Shown here piece after piece: positions 53,135-64,000 of a stretch of 64,000 nt of DNA. The stretch lies in contig NW_003526941.1 in the NCBI RefSeq assembly GCF_000181795.1, forward strand, positions 10,346,856 to 10,410,855. Reading direction: 5' to 3'. The notes beneath the pieces were generated by a model. That model searched no databases. It was not told the origin of the DNA and saw only the letters and a program-made list of their open reading frames with translations. Made by a program: the position numbers and the translations under genes. Source of the DNA: Trichinella spiralis. Its lineage: Eukaryota. Each line of letters begins with the position of its first letter. Position 1 is the stretch's first letter.

Positions 53135-55204
53135 CGTGGGAAATGTCCATTCGCACACACACACCATTGCTTCCCATGGTGACCGATGATGGCATTTCCC
53201 AACGGTATTGTTGGAACAATTTGGACGAGAAAATAGCATTGCAGCGCATTGTGACATTGTCAACTGTTTGTCCTTTTTTGTTCGTCAACAGTATGCAAGT
53301 GAAATGGGCTTTTTTGTGGCATATGACTTTTTTTCACTAATGGAAGTGTGCATACGAAATACTTGAGTTGCAGGGGTGGACTGCGGATGTAGACCAAGTC
53401 AAGGTCGATGGAGGAGAGTGTTGCAAAAGAGAGGAATCTTTGGTTTGTTTGTCAGAATATTCGTTCATTTATTGACCCGACGTTGTCGGGTAATTGTTAT
53501 TGCCCCCGGACGCCAGCCAGGCAGCGAGCGGGCGGTTCCCATCCTATTTTTTTTCGTTCGTATACTGAAATTCCTCTCCACTACCGCCTCATTCGATGCG
53601 TTGTGTGACTCACTCGGACGGACGGCTGGGAACGTGCTGCGTGGCCTTAAAATGGCGAATTGTATTCGTTGTGGAACAAAAGACGCATGCATATCTGCTC
53701 CAGTTAGGGTGGTACTATTTTGCTTGCACAGATGATGAAGTCGATGGGTACAACAATTTATTGTACCAATTATTGGCATTTACTGTCAAAGAATAACGAT
53801 TAGCTTAAGATCAGAAAGAATGTTGCTTTTCAAGAAAATAAAAGAATAGAAATTCTACTAGTACTACTACTACTAATAATAATAATAAACAGAAATAAAA
53901 ACAGTATTAAATTAATTGATCAGATAATTCATTTTTGATTGGAAAATGACAATTCGACAAAAAAAATTCACAGAATTTTAGTACAAAAAATACAATTTTT
54001 GTTCAATCCAAGTATGATGTATTTTGTTGATGTTCAACTAATTAATTAATGATGATGATGTGAGCTTGCGCAACTGTTGGAGATATTTTATTTTCAAAAG
54101 CAGAACGCGGTGGTCCAGTATAATATGTTTTGTTGTATCAGCTGTTTGATGACGATGATGATGGTGATGGTGTCAAGCCTCAGCTGTTGGCTTGGTCAGG
54201 ATTATCACATTGAGTGAACAGAGCAGTTTGTGCAAACAGAGTGGATAAAAATAGGATAATGCAGTGCTGTGCTTGGCCGATCGGCCGGGTGGGTAAGCCG
54301 GGATTATCCCTTTGACCAGAAGCATCATTGTGGAACATCAGTGGACGAATTCAGAAGGTCGGAAGGTTGAAAGCGGTCCGTGTGCTAGAGCACTCAGGCA
54401 AACGCCGCGAGAGAAGTGCTTCTCTTGTTGAACGGTGTTTGAACGGCATACGATCCACCAGAGTGGCATGTGCGCCATCGGATTAGTGCACAATAGTAGG
54501 CAGTGTGTTCGGCCAACTTTCCGTCCGGTAAAAAATAATAGCCGGATTAACTGAAGCAAAGGTGTTCTCTGTCTCAGCTGACACCGGCCAACTGCTATCT
54601 GTCATGGCACATGTCCTTGCGCGTTACTGCTGGCCAACTGGTATTCTTTGTCTTGTACTATACCGCTGACCATAATTAGCCGTCGTTTACTGTGCCAAAC
54701 GGGCACGGCGTTGTCTTGCACAACTGGAGTCGCATCTGACCAGAGTATAAGAATCGGCACGGCTCCTTTTGACCTGTATTATTGGAATTTGGATGCAAAA
54801 GAAGAGGGAAAAGTTCCGCTTTTCATCCATCCATTTGTGCTTGTCACTTTTTTTTCAGATGTTCCACTGAACGGACGGTTCTGTGGGTTTTGAGATTTCG
54901 ATCATCAACGTATCAGGGCAGGTTCACACTGGCGACATGCCATCCTGTATCATAGTCAATAATTGGATCGGTCACAAAAGGGTCAGGCACATTCCCACCG
55001 TGCGGCAGAAGGCATTTTTCCGTTTCAAATTGACGTGGTCGCAGTTGCTCACCAATGCACACACACACACACACACACACATACACTCTCTCTCACGTCC
55101 AGCTGCTTGCTCACTTCGACCTATAAAAAGGCAGTTCCCACGACGTGGTTGACGACGTTGTTCGCTCCACTGATCAAGCAAACTTTGCCAACAGAAGCAG
55201 CTGG
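53135..55204. promoter_or_regulatory. Putative enhancer/promoter block with CSL sites, K50-homeodomain GGATTA sites, CAGCTG E-boxes and a TATA box
   Basis: CGTGGGAA 53135, TTCCCAT 53171, TTCCCAC 54992, TTCCCACG 55135; GGATTA at 54199, 54301, 54480, 54544; CAGCTG at 54181, 54575, 55100, 55198; TATAAAA at 55122. Confidence 0.4.
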
Positions 55205-58200
55205 TCAATTTGCATACAGACCAACAATATGTCAAGTGTAGATAGCGAAGTGAAGAGAGAGATTGAGAGAGGTGGGGGCAAGAGGGGGATAGTAGAACTG
55301 CTGTTTATATATCTCAGCTTGTTGGAATTGGCTTTATCAAACGACAACAAATCTGATTCGTGTGCTTTCAGCAGAAGATTTTGCTTCTTTAGACGAATAA
55401 TTTCAAACATATTTGTTGACATTTGGACAAGCATTAAAGTTATAAAATAGTTTTCCAACTTCACCGATGTATCGATGATGGATGATGTAAAAAATTTTTG
55501 CTGAAATTGTTTCATCATTATTTATTAGTTTGTTTATTTGTTTGTTTATTTGTTTGTTTTGCCTTTTTGCAAGATTGAAAGCAAACCAGAAAGAATTGGG
55601 CAATTTCGATCGTATGTGCAAAGTTGTGAAGTTTTGCCATTTGTAGTAGGGGAAAAAATTGGGAGAAAAATTTTTTGTCCAATTTTAAACTGATCGTGAA
55701 AATCGATTTGACTGACAAAATCACTTAGCAGAAAGTTTATGCTCGCTTGCTTGCTTGTTCGAGAAACAGATGAGTTGAAGCAATTTGTGTTGCAAATTTT
55801 GATGCACATTTATATATAATAGTTGAAAATTTCATTTTGCAGATTATCTAAATTTCTAAGGTTTTTTTTTGCTTTTTCTTCATTCATATAAAAAAAATAT
55901 ATATATATTTCTGTCATCAACAGAAGAGTGTTGAATTGTGTTCATTGATTTCAATTCAATTGTATGTACCACAAGTTTGGCAAAATGATCAGTATCAAGT
56001 TTTGTGTTGAAGCTTAAATTTTTAAATATGCTTTTTTATCCGCTAGGAAAGTTTATTAAGAAAATCTGAACAAATATATTTATTTATATTTCTACTAAGA
56101 TAATGAACTACAAAATTTGACTAAATTCAATTAACTAATAATTGCTCGATTGCTTTCTCTAATGATGATGATGATGATGATAATTTGTAAAATTGTAACT
56201 CAACTGTTTGACTTGAATGCGACAAATGTAGCTAACAAATGTGACTTTTATTTCGAAAATCTTTTTTGGTGTTGTAATCAATTCTGCAATCACTTTGCGG
56301 TGTGCGATAAGTTGATACAATTTACCCATTTATGACAAGTTTGATTTATTGAAAATTTGTATCAAATATATTTTGAATGTATTTTGCGCACATATTGGAA
56401 AATTTTCAATTCATTTGTTGCTTGCATATGCATAATGTTCGATTTGCTAGCTATTTTTATATAAAATAACAATTGTGATAATAAATATTCAAAGTGTAAT
56501 TTCAGTAAAGCTAATGGAATTTTTATTTAATATTTCAGTAGGAAAATATATGATAAACGAATAAGTTCATGTATGTTTAAAATATTTATTTATTTATTTA
56601 TTTATACAATAGATGCTTATTTTGCCTTAGCCGTTTTTTGATCATTCTTTTATGTGAAAAAGGTTTTTCAAATATTACAACCAAACAAACACACAGTCAC
56701 GTGTTCATTTTGAAAGTTCAATGTACGAATTTGATCGATCGATGATTGAAATAGAGGAAACAGTGCAACAAACTTTTGCATTTATTTACTTGCAGCTTAT
56801 CAACAATTAGTAATTGGTTGATTGTTGTCGTTGTTGTTTTTCAAATTTACATAACCTTTGGTGCTTTTTGATGATTCATAAAGTTTGTAATTTTTGAATA
56901 TTTTCATTCGTAAAGTAGAGAACAACAACAACAACAACTCTCTTGCTTTTAAAGCTTCTGACCAGGATGTTTCAGTTGTGCTGTTGTTCTATGTAACGTC
57001 TTGTGTATGTGAAATATACAATTGAACGTAATCCTTGAAGTTGTAAGCTAAGTTTTGAAACACGTTAAACTGTGAAATGTGTTTAAAACTCAGAATAAAT
57101 TATTATATAAATAAATGTATACTGTGACCATGGTTAGGATGTGGGAACAAGCAAACATATTGAAATATATCTTTTGTTCACAGTTGATCTGCTGCGCTTA
57201 TGTGGAATCTGCTTGTATGCACGACACTGAATGTGTGACTTATGTGATTTTTTTTTAATTTAAGCAAATCATTTGAAAAATAAAACTGTTTTTAGAAATA
57301 TTTCTCTTTATTTCTGCTTAAAAAATGATTGCTACAATTTTCAAAAATTTTTTTCATAAAAAAAAGAAAAATAATATTTAAAAAAAATTTCAGCATGAAC
57401 GTGTTGTTGTTATTTGCACAGGTGATGCATGAAGTTGTTGTTGTCGAAGGGAAGTACTTTTTCAGATTTACGTTGGTTGCTGTTATATTATTATTATTAA
57501 TTATGGCGAGCAAGCGTGAGATAACTGAATGTGTAAGTGTTTGTTCAGTTTGATGCAAAATTATCCACAATGAACTTTGTTAATAATTGATAATTTTCCA
57601 TTTAATAATAATAATAAAGTTCAAGTAAGGGAGGATGAAAAAAACAAGCATAAAGAAAGAGAAAGAGAGAGGTATGGTTGAATAATAAAAGACCTATGCT
57701 GATGATGGGTTAGTTCTGTGCGCATGACCAACAGCTAATTTGTGACAAGATTTGATCCAGTTTATTATAATTTTGGTTCAGCTCAGTTTCTGTTCTGTTA
57801 TTTGAAGACTCTTTGTTCCTTTTCTTCTACTACATTACGACCGCTCTGTGGAAACATGCTGCTGCGTGTTCAGCAGGCAAGTCAGGCTATGCAGAGGTCA
57901 TCAGCATGATCGCCACTGCTATAGAGGTCGAATTGCTTGTGCAGTGATGAACTTGTCACCAGAGACAAAAACCAATTCGACCTAAGCTTAAGGATGAATG
58001 ACGACAAGTTGCGATTGTATGTCTAAGCTGAACTACTGTTGCGCAATAGTATTTAAACAAGTGGGGCGTTTTCTTTTCCTATTCCACTCACAATAAATGC
58101 TAATCGTCTCTGCTTTTCTAACCAAAAGGGTCAATTTATTTGCCATGATGTTTTGTTTCAATCACCATCACTCTCGGCTTATATAAAACTGTATAATGAT

Positions 58201-58452
58201 GAGGGGAAAAAGATTTTTTCTCTTATTATTAATATTTTTATTGAAATAAAGAAAAACATCCGAATGCTGCCATTTTAAGTGAAAAGCATCAGCTCGTCAC
58301 TAGTGTGATTAATATATGCAAAGGAAAAAAAACACACCAAACATGAAGTGAAAAAAGCAAGTGAAAGCGATGACTGATCAACTTGTGTGACCATGGCACA
58401 GGCGAACTCGTGACAGCCAGCCAAGCCGCACGTAAAGCTTAGAATTCTGCTT

Positions 58453-59022
58453 TCAAGTGCTGCACTGCAACAAATTGGTACTGGTAAAATTGGCCGGGAT
58501 GCGGGATTGCAATTTTCTGTACAATTCTCCGGGTGTGCAGCAATTTTCTCGGCTAACAACTTTGCCCGGATCACTCGCTTGTGTCGACACCAGTCCGAGA
58601 TAGGAGATCAATTCTGAATTGGAAAAAAAACAAGATGATTCATTAATTTCTTCATATTGATTTGATAAAAATTTTCATATAAATTAGCATTTTTCTTGTT
58701 CGATGATGATGATGATGATGATGGACATACCTGGAGGCAGTTGACCAGATTGAACTCGAGCGAAGATTGCTTGGTGCAGTTGATCGATCAGATTGACCGC
58801 TTCGTTCAGGACGGACATTTCATCACGGGGACTTGTAGTTGCACGAGTTTCTCGCGGAAGAGCTCTGTGCAAGCGTCGCAACAGTTGACGACGAAGTTTG
58901 CGAAACATGGCTCTTTTAGCTCTCACCGCTGACGACTGGCTGCTGCATTTGCGGCCAATTTTATTGCCCTTGTTGGTGGCAGATTTTGTCGCATCATTCG
59001 AATTCGGCATTCGTACAGTCAT
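58453..59022 (-). CDS. Atypical helix-loop-helix protein (Id/Emc-like or orphan bHLH); 2 exons: 59022-58731, 58613-58453
   Basis: Basic/helix 1 RAKRAMFRKLRRQLLRRLHRALP, loop, helix 2 EMSVLNEAVNLIDQLHQAI. Phase-1 GT-AG intron (CCA G|gtatg..ttcag|AA) keeps the frame open to TGA. The first in-frame ATG is 59022; the ORF-track start at 59232 is a TTG. Confidence 0.65.
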
Positions 59023-59172
59023 ATTTCTTCTTTTCTTTTTTTTCAAATCAGTCGACAAACTACAACGTCGGAATTCGCTTGGTTCGTGGGTTAGCTTCGC
59101 CTCAGCAAATGATGCACAGCACAGACTGTTCTGAAGTTCTGAAGTGAACTGCGCTGGCCGTAGAAAAGGGGG

Positions 59173-59386
59173 TTTAAATCCACTGTCGAAGGTCAACGCT
59201 GATTGGTCAAAAAACAGCCTATTATGTAGCAACTTCCCACGGTGCGCATTCGGCGCACCTGGCGTGCGTGTGCTATTTCGAATCTGGAGGACAAGGCAGT
59301 GTGGCTTCGTGCGCTTGCGGGCCGGCCCGGAGCATCCAATTTAGGACAGCTGTTAACTTTCGGTATGGGAAACGTTGTCGTGGGAA
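59173..59386 (-). promoter_or_regulatory. Proximal promoter of the HLH gene with three CSL/Su(H)/LAG-1 sites
   Basis: TTCCCACG 59234-59241, TATGGGAA 59364-59371, CGTGGGAA 59379-59386; CCAAT on the minus strand ~59202-59206; TTTAAA ~59173; E-boxes CACCTG ~59257 and CAGCTG ~59348. Confidence 0.55.
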
Positions 59387-62300
59387 TCTGTCGTTGTTGA
59401 CCATTTATCCGATTATTTTCACTTTACCGACCGATCATCATCATCAACCATCACACTACATCACATCACATCACATCACATGATCAATTGAAATTATTCA
59501 ACAAATTATTAAAAATAAACACAATCACGCAATCAATTTGATAAAATATTATCATCTGTAAATAAATAAATAAATAAGTGGGCAGATAGTTGGATTAATT
59601 AATTAATATTCACATTGCAAATATTGCAACGTAGATAGTGTTAACGATTGTAAAATTTAAATATATTGATTTGTTTTCTTTTTTGTTTTTTTTGTATTTT
59701 TTTCGAAATGAATTTTTTTGGTAATTGTTGGCGGTAAATCAAATCAAATCAAAAAGCGTTCAACTTGTCTACTGAAACATACATGTACATGATGATCAGC
59801 TTGTACAATTAGCCAACGGATAATCATATAGTAATAATGGCAATTGTATGAAGTAACATCTTTGGTGACAGTTGTCCATTGTCGTGATACTTTGCATATT
59901 CGATGACCAGCTTGTGTTGATTGCATGCATGCAGAACGCTTGTCAACGACGGGCGACAGCGTTGGCGTCCATTCTCACGGTCAAGTAAGCGAGTTCAAAG
60001 CGGCGGCCGCTTTTTTGCAAAAAGCTAAAATCAATGCTAAGGACACGCGCTTATCCCACCTGCGTCGACGACGGTATTGTGCAAGCGGCGGCGTCCAAGC
60101 CACTCCTGACCTGATTGTGTTAGCGTCGTCTGGCACATGTTGTTCTGTTGATCATCAATGTATGAATCAAATTATCCAAGATTAAAACTTTTAACTTCAA
60201 AAGGTGCCGACCGACCGACCGCCTGACCAGTCGCCGGCTTTTTATCCATTCAATTCATTCTAATTGTTCTTCTCATTTTTTCCTCCCCCCCCCACGCTTT
60301 GCCTATTCTTAGCTTTGTATTGTTCATTCTGTACTGTTGTTCATCATCTCCACACGCATGCTAATTTTAGACGCTGAAAACAAATCTGCTTTTCTATTCT
60401 ATTTCTATTCTATTTTTGTTTCTTAAATCGAATTTACAGATATATTAATTGAAAAAGAAAACTGATTAATTAATAAAGTAAAGTTGATTTCAATGAATAT
60501 TTTAATAATTTTGATAATTTTTTCGATTTTTTGAATTTTTTTCCATCTGCATTTGTGAAAAGAATTGATTGGTTATTTTTTGTTTTCTATTTTGTATAGA
60601 AGAAAGAGAGGATAAATTTCAAAATTTCATTTTTTTCATCGATAAAAAGAAACAAAAATGCAATATGATTATTGTTGTTTTTTTTGGGGGGGGGGAAGTC
60701 TCTTTCCATCTGCATCTGTCGTATTCATCATTTTCAAGAGTTTGCTGTTTTTTTCTTTTTCAAAATTATTCATGCAAATCTGATGGAAAAGAAAAATTGT
60801 GTCGACAGGTGAGATTCAGCTGCTCGGTTGTTGTTGTTGTTTATCTCGTTGAAATCAAAGCATGCTTTTCACAATGTGCGCATACATGTAATACAATTCA
60901 AGTTTCAAGTATGCTTTTTTTTTCACTGAAATGAATAATAGTCGACGGGGCTGACTATCAGTTGTTGTGTCAGAGTATTGCTTGTCTTTTTTTTGCATTC
61001 GTTTAAATTGTGCTGATTCAATGTTCAAGAGAAAAGCGATTAAATAATTTGAAATTACATTTGGCATTTAAATTTTGGAAAAAGAAATAAACATTCGATA
61101 AATTCTACATATGTAGGTGATGTCGAGGATGATAGTGAAAGGGTGATTTTTCTCGAAGGGAACATTTTGCCGGTTGCATTCTAATTGCACAGGTTAGAAG
61201 ATAATGTTAAGGCGATAATTAGCTTCAGGCAATTGATGGATTAGTCGATGATAGAGGTGACTGGTGATGGTGACGCATCGCGATACCTGTATAGCAGAGG
61301 TTTGATTGTATTCTCACGCCGCTTGACAGCACGACAACGCCATAAATCGACATCTGCTCCCATCTACTGGACATTAGTATTGCATTGCATGGTCAACGCC
61401 CATCCAACCGGTCGCACCCTGTAAAGCGGTGACAGCTGTCTGCGGACGTCCGTTTCCGTTGCAGCTGTCCGTCCTGCTCAGTGGGTCGACCGTTGCATTT
61501 TATATCTCGTATCAAGCTTTACTTTCTTTCTATTCATTTTGTTTCATTTTAACATCAAGCTTTATTTAATGCGTATAAGTAATTTTTTCTTCCAGAGAAT
61601 AACTAGAATCAATTTCAACCAACAAATTATCTTATTATTATTAATATTATTCTAGTAGTAGTAGTGTTGTTTGCACTTATTTTTCATAAATATATATATG
61701 AAGTAATTTTTCAAATTTTGAAAAAAACAATGGAATGAATGAAACTGTAATTTGTATTTCAAAGCGAAGTATTCCACTTTGCGACAAAGTCTATATAGTC
61801 TACTACTTGAGTAAAAAGCAAAATCAGTTTGAAGTGCGTTTGTCAGTTTTGTCATGACGAGAGTAAATCTCCATATTTCATATTTGTATTTATTGTCAAA
61901 TCATTTTCAAATCTGTTGAACAACGCGTTCAATGGGCGCAGATTGACAGATCAAATTAAAATTCTGACTGACTCACTTCCTTACTTATTCTGTGACACAC
62001 GGCCATCATTTGCTCGCTTATTATTATTACCTGACTTACCTGTGCAATTCTTGCTTGAGGCTATTTTCAGATATCTGATTCGAACTGCCAAATTTGATCT
62101 GGACATGACAAATTGGGAAAATATTTTCAACCAAAATTTTAATCCGCTGCTGAATATTTCTTTTTCACAATTATTTTTCGTAATCTCTACTTGTTGTGAA
62201 AGGCGTAAAAAATGACTAAGTAACAACAACAACAACATTTTGAAGTTATTTTATTATTTCACAATTAATTAATTAATTAATTAATTCACTTTAACCAGTT

Positions 62301-64000
62301 ATGGTGCTTATCAAATTCCATGTCCACTGTGTTGGTAATATAAATTTTAAAAATGTGTATTTTCCCCCTCATCAAATCACATCATAATTTGACCATGAAC
62401 AACAGTTAGTTGTTTTCAGTCAACTCGTGACGGTACTTCAAAGCTGGCTCTTCAAAAGAGTATGCTCTATCAAATTGTAAAAGAGATTGACTGTCAGAAG
62501 AGAAAAATGCCCATGAATAATTTAAATTCGAGGTCGTCCATTTTCTACTACAATCGACAGCCAAGCATTGCGCGTTGACCTTTTCGTTCTAGCTTTATAC
62601 TCTGTTATTATTGCTTCACTTTGTTCAGGAGGATGTACGCTTTGTCAAGGTTGAATCATCGTTAATCTTTGATGGTGGTGGGATTTTTTTTTGAAAATTG
62701 TTTTCTGAATTGTTGTAAAAACAAATCAAACTGTCAATTGTTGTTGTGAAAGCAGTTTTTATGCTTCCTCTTTTATTCTGTGTATGTGCATGCATGTGTG
62801 GTTGTTGTTGAATTTTTGGACAGCGATTCGATTGCAGCATTATGTAAAAATAAAAAATCCAATACTTCAAGTTGGAGCGAATTAAATAAATTTTTACTGA
62901 CAAATAGATCATCGTGGTGGTGACGACTGGAGTGGTGTAGAGTTGAGTGGGGTTTTTTTTGTGCTTTTCGCTTGTTGCGAAAAGCACTTGAACGCGAATA
63001 AGCTTGAACGACCTTCGCTTGGGAATTGACCACTTCGATAGTGTAAACAAAGGTGACCGTTGGTCTGGCGACCCGGCCGGAAAGTCTGCCAAGCCTAGTT
63101 TGCGTTGAGCTAGCTAGCTAGCTAGCTTAAAGATTTATGTTTGCTTTGAGGGCAGTCGTCGACGAAGAATGCACTTTTGAGCCGGATGTTCGACGATTCT
63201 ATTCAATGTTTATTATTCTCATCTCTCATCATGAGCGTAACGAAACGTCCGTCCATTTGTAACTATAGGTGGCCATCTACGTAGGTGGTGATGGTGGTGC
63301 ACAACATTCTCAAAGAAATGGACAATTGACCGAAATGACTAGGATGAATAGCAAAGTACAGGAAATTGCCCACAAACGAGCACTTCTATTCAACAAAATG
63401 GACGAGGGTCATTGTAAATAGTGTAAATGGCCAAAACAAAAAGTGTCGTTACTTTGTGTATGAAAACGTTCGTCCTTGTAGCTTCAATAAAATAAAAGTT
63501 ACGGTTGTTTAACTCAATCAGCCCGGGTGGTATGCCGCCTGTCGACTGCTAGTTTACAAATTATGAAGCAGAAAGCGGAAAACTGGGGGCTTGGCTGTTT
63601 TTTTTTCTGTTTTTTTTCTTTTGAAACTCCAAACTAATTACAATCTGCATCGGTACAGTTGTATGTTGTTTCTGATTTCGATGCTATTTCCAAACGGCTA
63701 TTATTATCCGAATCGAATAGAAAAAGAAACTACGGATCAAAATTGGATTGATCTTTTGAACAGCATCAGATTTTTCTGATCATACAGCTAGCAGCTATCA
63801 TACAGACGCTTTTAGGCTTAAAAGGAAACTGTCCGAGCTGTGATAAAACAAGCTTGCTCAGCCAATGCGGTCAGACAGGTGGTCAGCTTGCCGGTAAGGT
63901 CGCTTGAACGCCGCGTTAGCGTGCACACTGGTGCTGGACTAGCGTCGTTCCCGGCGGGTCGGCGTCTGTGATCTTGCCGACCCATTGCCGCATGGTCAAA

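Noticed and set aside
62575..62600. Minus-strand ATAAAGCTAGAAC resembling miR-79/miR-4
   Set aside because: No complementary arm nearby, so no precursor hairpin.
63780..63791. TCATACAGCTAG, complementary to the 3' half of miR-9
   Set aside because: Only 12 nt; the seed half and hairpin are absent.

Overview
AT-rich, intron-dense eukaryotic genomic DNA. It is most likely a nematode; a clade I (Trichinella-like) species is my inference from the oig-4 orthologue, many 50-100 nt introns and AT-rich spacers. Eight spliced protein-coding genes can be assembled by hand: a tachykinin-type GPCR (+), an N-terminally extended globin with a putative acylation signal (-), the single-Ig secreted protein oig-4 (+), an EGF-repeat type I membrane protein (-), an SRSF4/5/6-type SR protein (+), proteasome ATPase Rpt2 (+), a ~37-exon divergent L-type Cav1 alpha-1 subunit (+) and an atypical HLH gene (-). 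The 11-25.5 kb stretch is gene-poor. It holds a decayed tandem duplication, a possible Helitron-like end, a minisatellite built from perfect 5' splice-site motifs, an assembly gap and a hAT/Buster-type transposon end. The most interesting signals are: (1) a cluster of CSL/Su(H) sites, proneural E-boxes and a Brd-box around the atypical HLH gene, suggesting an E(spl)/Brd-style Notch target; (2) a candidate poison exon at the ancestral SWQ|DLKD intron of the SR gene; (3) a Cav1 with degenerate AID and dihydropyridine-site residues; (4) the putatively membrane-anchored globin. All calls come from reading the sequence by eye; no searches were run.
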